Source: a candidate division WOR-3 bacterium (GTDB lineage: Bacteria > Hydrothermota > Tepidihabitantia > Tepidihabitantales > Tepidihabitantaceae). Taken from it: a stretch of 64,000 nt of DNA. Under the pieces are notes generated by a model. It made no database searches and was not told the DNA's origin. It saw nothing but the letters and a program-made list of their open reading frames with translations. The position numbers were made by a program, and so were the translations under genes. The number at the start of each line of letters is the position of its first letter. The stretch's first letter is position 1. Below are positions 8,921 through 19,213 of this stretch, in pieces. The DNA lies in NCBI GenBank assembly GCA_965649205.1, contig CBFGJV010000006.1, positions 32,001 to 96,000 of the forward strand. The letters are read 5' to 3'.

Positions 8921-11179
8921 ATGCCTTGGTTCCTGCTGCTGCTTTCCAGTCAAACTCCTCTCACGAGCCCCGGAGTACTGATTTTCTCGGACACCGTTTT
9001 CTACGGCGGTAAATTGGTACGTTTCTACAGCCGCACGGAAGAAGTGGTACTTTTGGATTCTGCCTGGGTCCGGTATCGGGATATGACTGTGTATTCTGAT
9101 TCCATTCACTACCACGTGGGAAAACACAGATTGACCGCAACCGGAGACGTACTCTTTGTCGCCGGCGAACAGAATGTCACCGGTTCCCTATTGCAGTATG
9201 ATATTGACACCCGCAAAGGCTGGATGCGACAGGCACGCACCCGGGTAGAAAATGGTTTTTTCTGGGCCAGGGAACTCTGGCTGGTAAAAGAAAGAGTGCT
9301 GCACGCCCGCACCGGTTATTACACAACGTGTGATCATTACCCTCCTCATTACTATTTTCTGGGTCCGCGCACCAAGTTGCTTATGCATGATGTGGCTATC
9401 GCTGAACCCGTGGTGTTGAAGATTCTTGGTATGCCGGTACTGGCTGCTCCCTTCTGGCTGGTACCAGTCTCAGAAAAGCGTAAGTCAGGACTCATGTCCT
9501 TCAAAGTAGGAAACGCCAAAGACCAGGGACTGTATGCCAAGAATCTGGCTTACTACTGGGTCATAAACGACTACGCAGACGCCACTTTCTACTGCGACGT
9601 AATGACCCGAAAAGGAATCCAGCCGCGGCTGGAGGCTGTGTACATAGTGAACCCCTATGCCCGCGGCTCTCTGCAAGGTTCTTTCATCCAGGAGTGGGAT
9701 ACCCGACGCAGACGGTACAGCGTAAACGCGGCTCACAACTCGCGCTTTTTCTTTGGTTCCGAACTGGCCGCCAAGGTTGACTACATCTCAGACCGCTCCT
9801 ATGCGCCCGATTACGCCGAGGAAAGATTGGAATGGCTGAAACAGGACGTACTGTCTTATGCCGAACTCGTACGCAGTTTCGGTCGTACCGCTCGAAGCTC
9901 AGCCCGAATTGAGTATCAAAATGACTTCGCTCGCCATCGTCGTTTCATCAGCTTGCCCTCCGCCCGAGTAAGTTTCAGCGCTCGACCTCTGGCTGGGGGC
10001 TGGACGGCGAGCCCCAATCTTTCCGCCACAAACCTAATTTCGGTGTACTCTGATTCCCTCGGCAATGATACGGCGACGGTTGTCAACCGCAACGGAAAAA
10101 CCAGCTTGGGAATCTCCAGCCCGCAGTATTCTTTAGCCCAGTTCGGCAATCTGAGCCTTTCCTGGGATTTGAGCTTGGCCGAGATGCGCTCTTGGCGCAA
10201 TAGTCTGATCGCCTCCGCTTCCCGGCCGGCCACGCTTGGTTTCAACCTGCAGACTTCCCAAAAACTGGCCGGCTCTTTCCAGTTCTACGAAGACCTGAAT
10301 TTTTCGCGCACCGATAACCTGCTTGATTCAACTGCAGCTCCACCTGATTACTCGGCTTCACTTTCTTCCAGCTTCTCACTGTTCCGCATCTATGCTCTTG
10401 AAGCACTCGGACTTTACGGTGTCCTGCACACCGCTCGCCCCCTTATTCAAATTCGCTACTCACCGCAAGTCACAAGTTCCGGCTTCTTTGGTCGGTTGAC
10501 CCCTCTCAACCCCGCAGCCGCAGCCGTCGATTTGGCCTTAGACAACGGATTTGAAGCTAAAACCGGAAAAGAAAAAAGCAAGTTCGACCTTGGTCGGCTA
10601 AGCCTGAACACAAACTATGACCTGTTAAGCGGCAAATTGTCGCCGCTGCGGGCCGATGTCGCTGTTACACCCCTCAGTTTCGTGTCTGGCCTCCAGCTCC
10701 AGATAAACGCAGGAACGAGCTTGAACTTTGCTACAAGACGTGTGAGCGAAGACTATTCATTTCTGACCACTTTGAACTGGAACAAAAGCGTATCCTGGAG
10801 ACAAGCACGGCAAACTCCGACAAACAAAGAAGAGTCGTTGCCCAAGTCGCCTGATTCTTCTCCTCCAGCTCCACAGCCCGGCATGGACATCGGGGTGAGC
10901 CTGAACTACGTTCTGACCAGAACCAGCAATATGCTTACCGGTAACATAACCATCTCTTTTCCCGGCTGGAAAGTTTCCGTAGGTAGTTTTGGTTACAACT
11001 TCGCCACCTCTCAACTCACCAACTACAGTCTGACTATCTGGAAAGACCTACACTGTTGGGAGGCTATCGGAGAGCTGCGCAGACTTGGCAACAGATGGAC
11101 CTACGATTTTCAGGTGCGTATCAAACTGTTGCAGGATGTGAGATTCAGCAAAAGTATGTTTGGTGCTTTCCTTCCATGA
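8921..11179 (+). CDS. lptD: LPS-assembly protein LptD-like outer membrane protein
   Basis: N-terminal OstA-like region, YTTCD...PHY, PVLAAPF and C-terminal KDLHCWE; beta-rich. Promoter TTGACT-16-TAAGAT ends 6 nt before ATG. Confidence 0.75.
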   Translation: MPWFLLLLSSQTPLTSPGVLIFSDTVFYGGKLVRFYSRTEEVVLLDSAWVRYRDMTVYSDSIHYHVGKHRLTATGDVLFVAGEQNVTGSLLQYDIDTRKGWMRQARTRVENGFFWARELWLVKERVLHARTGYYTTCDHYPPHYYFLGPRTKLLMHDVAIAEPVVLKILGMPVLAAPFWLVPVSEKRKSGLMSFKVGNAKDQGLYAKNLAYYWVINDYADATFYCDVMTRKGIQPRLEAVYIVNPYARGSLQGSFIQEWDTRRRRYSVNAAHNSRFFFGSELAAKVDYISDRSYAPDYAEERLEWLKQDVLSYAELVRSFGRTARSSARIEYQNDFARHRRFISLPSARVSFSARPLAGGWTASPNLSATNLISVYSDSLGNDTATVVNRNGKTSLGISSPQYSLAQFGNLSLSWDLSLAEMRSWRNSLIASASRPATLGFNLQTSQKLAGSFQFYEDLNFSRTDNLLDSTAAPPDYSASLSSSFSLFRIYALEALGLYGVLHTARPLIQIRYSPQVTSSGFFGRLTPLNPAAAAVDLALDNGFEAKTGKEKSKFDLGRLSLNTNYDLLSGKLSPLRADVAVTPLSFVSGLQLQINAGTSLNFATRRVSEDYSFLTTLNWNKSVSWRQARQTPTNKEESLPKSPDSSPPAPQPGMDIGVSLNYVLTRTSNMLTGNITISFPGWKVSVGSFGYNFATSQLTNYSLTIWKDLHCWEAIGELRRLGNRWTYDFQVRIKLLQDVRFSKSMFGAFLP

Positions 11180-11249
11180 GCGGAACAAACGCACTGCTTT
11201 CTCGCTTGCTCTTTCCCGTTCTTCCCGGTAGGTTCAACCACTGTCTCTG

Positions 11250-11822
11250 ATGTTGTATTTGGCTTCCACCTCTCCCCGCAGACGTCAGATAATGCGAATG
11301 CTGGCCATTCCTTTCCGGGTTATCCCGCCCCGCTGGAATGAACCTGAACCTTCAGCCGGCACCGACCCGGCGGCTTATGTTCTCACCAATGCCAGAGCTA
11401 AAGCTGGTTCGGTCGGTATAAGAAAACCTGAGGCTCTGATTATTGGCGTGGATACTGCCGTAGTTCTGGGAAATACTGTCTTGGGCAAGCCTACCGGTCC
11501 TGCCCAAGTAATGGAAATGATGAAAATGCTGTCCGGGCGCACGCACCAAGTAATCACAGGCGTCTCCGTTCTTGCTGTTGCCCGACAGGTCACTTGGTCT
11601 GGAACAGAAATCAGCCTTGTGACTTTCCGCCGGCTCAATGCTCGGGAACTCTGTAATTACTCCCGCTTGCGAGAACCCTTAGACAAAGCCGGTGCCTATG
11701 CCATACAGGGATACGCCGGCAGATTCATCACCGACCTTTCCGGAAGCTATTTCAATATAGTAGGACTGCCGGTCATGCTTCTGGTTAAACTGCTGATTCG
11801 CGCCGGCTACAACCCAGGGTAA
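11250..11822 (+). CDS. maf: Maf-family nucleoside triphosphate pyrophosphatase
   Basis: LASTSPRR, DT..LGKP, LSGRTHQV, DKAGAYAIQG and NIVGLP. Confidence 0.93.
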   Translation: MLYLASTSPRRRQIMRMLAIPFRVIPPRWNEPEPSAGTDPAAYVLTNARAKAGSVGIRKPEALIIGVDTAVVLGNTVLGKPTGPAQVMEMMKMLSGRTHQVITGVSVLAVARQVTWSGTEISLVTFRRLNARELCNYSRLREPLDKAGAYAIQGYAGRFITDLSGSYFNIVGLPVMLLVKLLIRAGYNPG

Positions 11823-11829
11823 GGTCTCT

Positions 11830-12504
11830 TCAGGGAGTTCTCTTCTTTAAAACAAAATGCAGGTCCTTGTCCCGACGCTCATCGTTATTTTCCAGCACGA
11901 ACGCATATACATCGCTTGTTCGCAGACTGAAACGCAACGAATCCTCCCGAACCCGTATCCTACTGGCTAGAGTTTCGCAAGGTTGCCGTTGTAGCCAATG
12001 TCCGTAATTAGCCCGGTCAAACACAAGAACCGATACAGCCGGGGTATCCACAGCGAAAAAGACCTCTACTTCGTATCCTGCAGACAGACTCTCATGCCAG
12101 ACCCGGAAAGTGCCAGCTTTTACTGCGCCCCAGTAGTCCATCAGCACAGTGGTTCGTCGGTTCACCCATATCACTATACTGTCGCTCGTCTTCAGACCTT
12201 CCTGGTCTGTCACTGTGCAACGTAACAATGCATACCCGGAAGACTCCGGCGCATACCACTTCACCCTGAACAAAGAGTCCCACGCCAGTCGACCGCGTGT
12301 TGCTTGCCAGGAGTAGACTACTGGTCCGCCTCCCCAATCCCAGGCCAGACAGTCATACTGAGCGCTGTCCAACGCAAGTACCACAGAATCACCCTTTATG
12401 TATTCAAGATGCGGGGGCTTGCCTTTCACGCAACCGGAGTATCCCCAAATCCCCAGAATCAGGAAAAACCAGGCTAACCGACAGACAGAAGACACAGGTG
12501 GCAC
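11830..12504 (-). CDS. Putative lipoprotein with an Ig/PKD-like domain
   Basis: Hydrophobic stretch ending YSGC (lipobox-like); YSW..G and CTVTDQEG PKD-like pattern. Probable GTG start at 12504. Confidence 0.6.
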   Translation of the reverse strand: MPPVSSVCRLAWFFLILGIWGYSGCVKGKPPHLEYIKGDSVVLALDSAQYDCLAWDWGGGPVVYSWQATRGRLAWDSLFRVKWYAPESSGYALLRCTVTDQEGLKTSDSIVIWVNRRTTVLMDYWGAVKAGTFRVWHESLSAGYEVEVFFAVDTPAVSVLVFDRANYGHWLQRQPCETLASRIRVREDSLRFSLRTSDVYAFVLENNDERRDKDLHFVLKKRTP

Positions 12505-12640
12505 TTCAAAGAAGTGTAACCGGCCCGACCGCCGTTTCAAGAGCCGGAGGTCTTAGAATGCGATTTTGGACAGAAACCAAAAATGCCTTGACTTCGCTCT
12601 AGGCTCAAATATCCTTAGGCCAGACTGAAAGGAGGTCTAT

Positions 12641-13648
12641 TTGGCAGCCAGAATCGCAATCAACGGCTTCGGACGTATCGGCCGACTCGTAGCCCGCCTG
12701 ACCGTTGATCATCCTCGTCTCACTCTGGTGGGCATCAACGATGTCACCGACTCCAAAACCTTGGCACACCTGCTCAAATACGACTCCGTACATGGCCGAC
12801 TCCAAGTTGATATCACTGCGCGCGAGAACGAAATCGTCATTGCCGGCCGCCCGGCCCGAGTTACAGCAGAGAAAGACCCGCAGAAGCTTCCCTGGCGAGA
12901 GCTGGGCGTGGATATTGTCATTGAATCAACTGGAGTGTTTCGTTCCCAGGAAAAAGCCGGTTCCCACTTAGCTGCAGGTGCCAAAAAGGTGATTATTTCC
13001 GCTCCCCCAAAAGGCGAAGGAGTAAAATCTTTTGTCGTGGGCGTAAATCACACTACCTATAATCCCGAAACCGACCACATTATCTCCAATGCTTCTTGCA
13101 CTACTAACTGCGTCGTACCAGTGGCCAAAGTCCTGCATGACAACTTTGGCATAAAAAGCGCATACATGACTACGGTTCACGCCTACACCAATGATCAGCG
13201 CATTCTGGATTTGCCTCACTCCGACCTGCGCCGAGCTCGAGCTGCTGGACTCTCCATGATTCCCACCTCCACCGGGGCCGCAAAACTCATCGGCGTCATA
13301 TTTCCCGAGCTCAAAGGCAAAGTAGATGGAATGGCCATCAGAGTTCCCACCGCTAATGTTTCCCTTGTAGACCTCAGCTGTATAACAGAGAAAAAGACCA
13401 CGGTAGAGGAAGTGAACGCTGCTTTCCAAGCGGCTGCCTCAGGTTCTCTCAAAGGCATTCTGGAATACGTAACCGAACCACTTGTATCTGTGGATTTCAA
13501 CGGCAATCCGCACTCTGCCTGTTTCGACTCCAGCCTTACTGCGGTCGTGGACGGAAACCTGGTCAAGACCTATTCCTGGTACGATAATGAGTACGGATAC
13601 TCCTGCCGTCTGGTAGATTTAGCCTGTTACATCGCTACGTACCTATGA
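12641..13648 (+). CDS. gap: Glyceraldehyde-3-phosphate dehydrogenase (type I)
   Basis: INGFGRIGR, SNASCTTNC and WYDNE; TTG start with SD AAGGAGG; promoter TTGACT-16-TATCCT at 12588-12615. Confidence 0.97.
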   Translation: MAARIAINGFGRIGRLVARLTVDHPRLTLVGINDVTDSKTLAHLLKYDSVHGRLQVDITARENEIVIAGRPARVTAEKDPQKLPWRELGVDIVIESTGVFRSQEKAGSHLAAGAKKVIISAPPKGEGVKSFVVGVNHTTYNPETDHIISNASCTTNCVVPVAKVLHDNFGIKSAYMTTVHAYTNDQRILDLPHSDLRRARAAGLSMIPTSTGAAKLIGVIFPELKGKVDGMAIRVPTANVSLVDLSCITEKKTTVEEVNAAFQAAASGSLKGILEYVTEPLVSVDFNGNPHSACFDSSLTAVVDGNLVKTYSWYDNEYGYSCRLVDLACYIATYL

Positions 13649-14826
13649 ACAAATTAACAGTTAGAGACTTAGACGTACGGGCAAAACGCGTCTTTCTGCG
13701 CGTAGATTTCAATGTGCCCATGTCAGAAAATGGCCGGATACGTGACTTGGCACGTATTGTGGCCGCTCTGCCAACACTACAGTATCTCTTGGACCACGGA
13801 GCTGGGGTAATTCTGGCTTCCCATCTGGGTAAAGCCAAAGGCAGACCAGACCCCAGATATTCGTTGCACCCTATTCTACCAGTAATAGCCCAGCTGGTAG
13901 GTAGCCCGGTCGGCTATACCCCGGTCTATACTGGTGAAAACGCCGCTCAGGTAAGAGCCAGAGCCTTACCGGGCACTGTAACGTTACTAGAAAACCTACG
14001 TTTCCACCCCGGAGAAACAGCCAATGACCCCGGTTTCGCTAAGGAGCTGGCTTCCCTTGCCGACCTGTATGTCAACGACGCCTTTGGCGCCGCCCATCGC
14101 GCCCATGCGTCCACAGTAGGGGTACCGAAGTTCTTTGGTCAGCCAGCAGCCGGTCTACTCATGGAAACAGAAATCTGTCGCCTTTCTCGCCTTCTCAATA
14201 ATCCAGCCAGACCCTTTGTGGCCATAATCGGGGGGTCTAAAATATCTGACAAGGCCGGAGTACTTGCCAAGCTGCTTCCTCAGCTTGATCAAGCCATAAT
14301 CGGCGGTGCAGCGGCTTTCAACTTCCTCAAAGCCCGAGGCATAAGTATAGGACGCTCTCTTTGGGAACCAGAGATTAGCGACACACTTGCCCCTCTCGCT
14401 CACGACCCCAAGCTAGTACTGCCCACCGATGTGGTAGTAAGCACCAGTCCGGACAACGAAGCCGGCGCCCTGGTTGTACCGGTAACGCGCATACCAGACG
14501 ACCGCATGGGCCTAGACATCGGACCGCAATCTGCCGAGTTGTTTACCAAGGTACTACAGAAAGCCCAGACTATCGTGTGGGCAGGTCCGATGGGCGTGTT
14601 CGAACGGACAGCGTTTGCTTCCGGCACTCTGGCTGTAGCCAAAGCTATGGCCGAAGCAACGGAGAATGGCGCCAACACGGTAGTGGGAGGTGGCGACACA
14701 GGGGCTGCACTAAGCAAGTTCGGCTACGCACTCAAAATGACCCATGTTTCTACAGGCGGCGGCGCTTGCCTAGAATTTCTGCAGGGACGGGAACTTCCCG
14801 GGATAGCTGCACTGGCAGACAGGTGA
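13645..14826 (+). CDS. pgk: Phosphoglycerate kinase
   Basis: [24 protein letters not shown] and HVSTGGGA. Confidence 0.95.
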   Translation: MNKLTVRDLDVRAKRVFLRVDFNVPMSENGRIRDLARIVAALPTLQYLLDHGAGVILASHLGKAKGRPDPRYSLHPILPVIAQLVGSPVGYTPVYTGENAAQVRARALPGTVTLLENLRFHPGETANDPGFAKELASLADLYVNDAFGAAHRAHASTVGVPKFFGQPAAGLLMETEICRLSRLLNNPARPFVAIIGGSKISDKAGVLAKLLPQLDQAIIGGAAAFNFLKARGISIGRSLWEPEISDTLAPLAHDPKLVLPTDVVVSTSPDNEAGALVVPVTRIPDDRMGLDIGPQSAELFTKVLQKAQTIVWAGPMGVFERTAFASGTLAVAKAMAEATENGANTVVGGGDTGAALSKFGYALKMTHVSTGGGACLEFLQGRELPGIAALADR

Positions 14827-15593
14827 ATCCGAAAAGAATTCCTCTCATCGCCGCAAACTGGAAGATGCATTTTTCCGCCTCTGAGGCACGAGCCTTTATC
14901 ATTACTCTCAAACCTTTTCTAAAGAATTTGCGTGATCGAGAAGTAGCTATCTTTCCCCAGTTTACCGCTATCGCTGCTGTCAGTGAAGAATTGCGTGACC
15001 CCAATATTACCTGCGGAGGTCAAGACCTGTACTGGGAAGCACAGGGACCTTACACCGGAGAAGTGTCTGCTTCCTCTCTTACTGACTTGGGCTGTGTTTA
15101 TGTTCTCGTGGGTCATTCAGAAAGACGCCGTCTTTTCGGCGAAACTGATGAAACTTGCCGACTCAAGATTCGCGCCGCACTCGGCGGCAAACTTACCCCA
15201 ATTCTCTGCATAGGTGAAACTCTTGAGGAAAGAGAAACCGGCAATACGAAAATAGTATTAGAAAGGCAGATTAGAACCGCTCTTGCCGACGTTAATGAGC
15301 AAGACACGCTGGTCATAGCCTATGAGCCGGTGTGGGCCATAGGCACCGGTCGCAATGCCAGTCCAGAACAAGCCCAGGAAATACATGCTTGGGCTAGGGA
15401 ACTTATCGGTCAAATCATCGGTTCCCACAGCGCCCAAGAAACGAGAATACTGTACGGCGGGTCGGTTAATCCTGCGAATATCGATGACCTGATGGCTCAA
15501 CCAGACGTAGACGGCGTACTGGTGGGCGGAGCCAGTCTGGATGTTCAATCATTCAGCCGAATCGTATGGTTCCGTAAAACACCAGCAGTCTGA
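14823..15593 (+). CDS. tpiA: Triosephosphate isomerase
   Basis: [27 protein letters not shown] and LVGGASL. GTG start overlaps the pgk stop (GTGA). Confidence 0.95.
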   Translation: MNPKRIPLIAANWKMHFSASEARAFIITLKPFLKNLRDREVAIFPQFTAIAAVSEELRDPNITCGGQDLYWEAQGPYTGEVSASSLTDLGCVYVLVGHSERRRLFGETDETCRLKIRAALGGKLTPILCIGETLEERETGNTKIVLERQIRTALADVNEQDTLVIAYEPVWAIGTGRNASPEQAQEIHAWARELIGQIIGSHSAQETRILYGGSVNPANIDDLMAQPDVDGVLVGGASLDVQSFSRIVWFRKTPAV

Positions 15594-15619
15594 AGCGAGT
15601 CTTTGCTCTGCTCCAACGA

Positions 15620-16378
15620 CTAGAAAATACTGATTCGAAAGTAACGCCTAGGATTTGACTTTATGTCTATAAGAAGAGACTGTAATTTTTCGTTTGTGGC
15701 CCTCAACTCCTGATATAGCTCTTCTGAGCGCAGCAACTTACCTAATGTGGAAGGTGCTTCCAGTAACCCAACTAAACTATCCAGACGACAAGATATGGCC
15801 TGCAAACTACGATCAGCCTCCTCCAGCCCGACGCCGAGCCGGTCTACCCCTACGGCGAAATTCCGAATCTCACAGGCGAAGCTATCCAGAAACAAACGGG
15901 CTTTTTCTTCTATATCCTTTTCCAGAGAAACGGGGTCAAGACTCTCTAACATTCTGTCCAGCCGCAAGAAGGTACTTTCCAAGCTGAGCACCTCGTTTGT
16001 TCCCTCGAACACATATCCTGGTCTCGCCTCCGGCCCGGAACCTGTGGTAACCATTAAGTAGCGGTCACTACCCAGATAGCTTACGGACCTTATGGCAAAC
16101 TTCGTATCCTCTGTAAGCTTCACGTCGCCATCAATGGCAACCACACATTTAACCTTGGCTTTCTCCAGCGTAAGCGCTAGGACTCTGCCTTTGGGCAACC
16201 CCCTCACCTCCACCGGATCACCTGCTCTGAGGCCGGACACATCGTCGAACATCACCACCACCCTATACCGTCTCGCCGAAACTATTCTCCCCGAAAGCCA
16301 CAGATAGGCAGCTACCCCAAGGCCAAAACCCAAAACCAGAAACATAACCACCATTACCTCACGTGCGGACTTGCTCAT
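15620..16378 (-). CDS. mlaD: MCE/MlaD-family protein
   Basis: N-terminal TM, FDDVSGLRAGDPVEVRG MCE motif, helical C-terminus ending DIKSNPRRYF. Confidence 0.88.
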   Translation of the reverse strand: MSKSAREVMVVMFLVLGFGLGVAAYLWLSGRIVSARRYRVVVMFDDVSGLRAGDPVEVRGLPKGRVLALTLEKAKVKCVVAIDGDVKLTEDTKFAIRSVSYLGSDRYLMVTTGSGPEARPGYVFEGTNEVLSLESTFLRLDRMLESLDPVSLEKDIEEKARLFLDSFACEIRNFAVGVDRLGVGLEEADRSLQAISCRLDSLVGLLEAPSTLGKLLRSEELYQELRATNEKLQSLLIDIKSNPRRYFRISIF

Positions 16379-17057
16379 AATCCTCCTTTCTCACCTGACT
16401 CAAAGGCAATACTTTCCCCTCGCGCAACATCAGAACCTCATCAGCTACAGCCGTAACTGCTTCCAAATCGTGCGTCACCACTATCTCGGTTTTACCCTCT
16501 TCGCCTCGCAAACTGCCCAGAAGGCTACATATTCTCTCTCTCATTATCGGGTCGAGCCCGGAAGTGGGCTCATCAAGAAAAAGATAGCGTGGGTTCATTA
16601 CTAGGGCTCGTGCCAGAGCTACCAACTTTATCATTCCGCCCGACAACTCCCTAGGCTTGAAATGGGCGCATCCCCGCATACCTACCTTTTCTAACGCCAT
16701 GGCGACCCGTTGCTCTACAACTCTTTTGTCCAACCACTCGTTCTCTACCAGGGGTAGAGCTACGTTACCGAATACATCTAGAGAATCAAACAGCGCCCCT
16801 CCCTGAAATACAAAACCGATCTGCTGTAATATACGTTGATTATCAGCAAAGGCTCCATAATGTATCGGCACGCCATCGTAACTTACTCCGCCCGTATCAG
16901 GCTTAAGCAGGCCCGTCATAATCCGAAGTAAAACACTCTTTCCCGCACCAGAGGCTCCCAGAATCACTAGAACGCGAGCATCAGCTACATTAAAGGTAAC
17001 CCGATCCAGAACCAGACGAGAACCAAAACGCTTGGAAACTTCCCGTACTTCTACCAT
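16359..17057 (-). CDS. mlaF: ABC transporter ATPase, MlaF type
   Basis: GASGAGKS, FQGGALFDSL, LSGGM and DEPTSGLDP. Confidence 0.9.
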   Translation of the reverse strand: MVEVREVSKRFGSRLVLDRVTFNVADARVLVILGASGAGKSVLLRIMTGLLKPDTGGVSYDGVPIHYGAFADNQRILQQIGFVFQGGALFDSLDVFGNVALPLVENEWLDKRVVEQRVAMALEKVGMRGCAHFKPRELSGGMIKLVALARALVMNPRYLFLDEPTSGLDPIMRERICSLLGSLRGEEGKTEIVVTHDLEAVTAVADEVLMLREGKVLPLSQVRKEDYEQVRT

Positions 17058-17794
17058 GCCCTGAAGAATATTAGGGCCACGACAAAATCGACAGCCAGTA
17101 TCATTATGGAAGAACTTACCACCGCCTTTGTCGTTGCCCTTCCTACCTGTTCTGCCCCTCCCCTGACAGCAAATCCAGCATAACAGCCGTTGGTACCAAT
17201 GACCAAACCAAATATCAAGGCCTTCACCAAACCCCCGAAAAAATCTCGGTCAAGAAAGAAACGGGTGACACCATAGACGAAGGTATGGGACGAGATATTC
17301 AAAACCGTGGACGATACCCAGAGTGCCATACCAAGTGCCACTACCTCCATGAACACCACAAACACGGGCAAAACCACTGTCAGAGCTACTATTCTTGGCA
17401 GACAGAGGAAACGGTACGGATTTACCCCCATAACCATAAGCGCATCAATCTGCTCCGAAACCCGCATCGAACCGAGTTCGGCCGCAATGGCAGAAGCCGA
17501 TTTCCCCGCAACCACAAAAGCACTGAAAACCGGCGCCAACTCAATCAGCACCAACCGCCCCACACCCATACCTACAAAGTACTTAGGCACTACTCCCAGT
17601 AACTGATAACTTGTCTGTACCGCGGTTGTAAGCCCCACAAATACCCCGGCTACAAGCAATATCGGCAAAGCCTCCAGTCCCTGCTGACAAATTTGCTCCA
17701 CTACCCGCGGCCAAGTACGACGCAAATCCCAGGGTTGGAAAACAGTCTTAGCCAGAAAAACAATATATCTGGCGGGAACGCCGACCCAGCTCAC
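17051..17794 (-). CDS. mlaE: MlaE-family permease
   Basis: AELGSMRVSEQIDAL and GGAEQVGRATT. Probable GTG start at 17794, 7 nt after TTGACA-16-TAACAT. Confidence 0.9.
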   Translation of the reverse strand: MSWVGVPARYIVFLAKTVFQPWDLRRTWPRVVEQICQQGLEALPILLVAGVFVGLTTAVQTSYQLLGVVPKYFVGMGVGRLVLIELAPVFSAFVVAGKSASAIAAELGSMRVSEQIDALMVMGVNPYRFLCLPRIVALTVVLPVFVVFMEVVALGMALWVSSTVLNISSHTFVYGVTRFFLDRDFFGGLVKALIFGLVIGTNGCYAGFAVRGGAEQVGRATTKAVVSSSIMILAVDFVVALIFFRAW

Positions 17795-17890
17795 AGGCGC
17801 TATGTTAGCTCCGCCCTTCCAGGTGTCAATTCCAGTGACAGTAATCTTCAGCCCGCTTGACAACAAAAAGAAAGCTGCCAAGATTCTCTC

Positions 17891-19192
17891 ATAGTACGCG
17901 ATTTAGTCATAGAAGCCGCCTCACCCCACCTTGCGCAGATACAGTTTGTAGCTTCGGAATTAGTACGCAGAGGCTGGGCCGAAGCCAATGCCGGTAACTT
18001 TTCTATTCGCGTAACTGAAATCCATCCACCTGGGAAATCCAAACATCCATTAGTGCCACCACGCCCAGCCTTGGCCAACCAGACTTTGCTCATCAAGCAA
18101 GCCGGGGGCAGAATGCGCGACCTTGCTATCAACCCTTTACCCAACCTGTGTGTTATATCTATATCTGAAACTGGCGACACTTACGAGCTACTGGGTGATA
18201 GTCCACCATCGAGCGAACTTCCTGCTCATCTTGCCATTCACGAAACACTGCTACACTTTCGACCTGCCCACGTCTGCGTGCTGCACAGTCATCCCACTGC
18301 CCTTGTGGCCTTGAGCCTCCGTTATCCCGAACCGGAAAGTCTACTCGCTCTGCTTTTTCGAGCCCATGCAGAAATGTCATTGGTACGAGATGAGATTTAC
18401 GCTCTACCCTTCTTGGCACCTGGCACTCAAGCGCTGGCCGAAGCTACCGGCAAAGCTTTCTGTAAACATTCGGGGGTCGTCTGGTCACGCCACGGCATGA
18501 TTGCATCCGGCTCGGACCTGTATAAAGCGCTGGACCTACTGGAACTATGTGATAAAGCAGCCCAAATCTCCCTTCTTGCTGGTGCTCCCCCACCGGTTAG
18601 AAACGTTACCCCCCCCCCCAGCAAGCTATCTAAACGCGGCTTCCTCGCAGCAGACGGCCTGGAAACATTCTACGACGTTAAATCTCTTGACTCTACGCTG
18701 CCTTGGGAGGAATTCAAACGCCTACCTCGCATTCCGGTAAGCTTGGTACTAGATAACCTTCGTTCTGCCTTTAATGTCGGCTCCATTTTCCGTCTGGCTG
18801 ATGCCGTACGTGTCAAGGAGATAATCACTTGTGGATATACCGCCCATCCTCCGCATCCAAAACTAGAACAAACCGCACTAGGTGCAACCGCCTTTGTTCC
18901 TTGGCGCGCTGTTCCTCAGACAACTACGGCTTTACAAGAACTCAAAGCAAATGGTGTACAAGTTGTGGCTCTGGAAACCGCAGCGAATGCACAGCCCTAC
19001 GACCATTTTCCCTTCAGAGCACCGTTGGCATTAGTTTTAGGGAATGAAGCACTGGGAGTATCTCAATCCACCCTCCAGGCCTGCGAGGCAATAATTGCCC
19101 TGCCCGTATTCGGATTTAAGAATTCCATCAATGTAGCGGCAGCCGCAGCAGTAGTACTGTACGACCTTGTCCGCCGATACCGCTGGCTCTGA
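17891..19192 (+). CDS. Class II aldolase/adducin-family domain fused to a TrmH/SpoU RNA methyltransferase
   Basis: Upstream in-frame GWAEANAGNFSIR, then PSSELPAH, HSHP and RHG (aldolase Zn ligands), then LDNLRSAFNVGS, LGNEALG and SINVA (SPOUT). Start uncertain; ATA 17891 proposed. Confidence 0.8.
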   Translation: MVRDLVIEAASPHLAQIQFVASELVRRGWAEANAGNFSIRVTEIHPPGKSKHPLVPPRPALANQTLLIKQAGGRMRDLAINPLPNLCVISISETGDTYELLGDSPPSSELPAHLAIHETLLHFRPAHVCVLHSHPTALVALSLRYPEPESLLALLFRAHAEMSLVRDEIYALPFLAPGTQALAEATGKAFCKHSGVVWSRHGMIASGSDLYKALDLLELCDKAAQISLLAGAPPPVRNVTPPPSKLSKRGFLAADGLETFYDVKSLDSTLPWEEFKRLPRIPVSLVLDNLRSAFNVGSIFRLADAVRVKEIITCGYTAHPPHPKLEQTALGATAFVPWRAVPQTTTALQELKANGVQVVALETAANAQPYDHFPFRAPLALVLGNEALGVSQSTLQACEAIIALPVFGFKNSINVAAAAAVVLYDLVRRYRWL

Positions 19193-19213
19193 CCTCCAAG
19201 ACCAGCCAATCTC

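Noticed and set aside
14577..14826. tpiA frame open about 250 nt into pgk, suggesting a Thermotoga-like PGK-TIM frameshift fusion
   Set aside because: No slippery run near the pgk end; the GTGA overlap explains coupling, and the upstream extension is not TIM-like.
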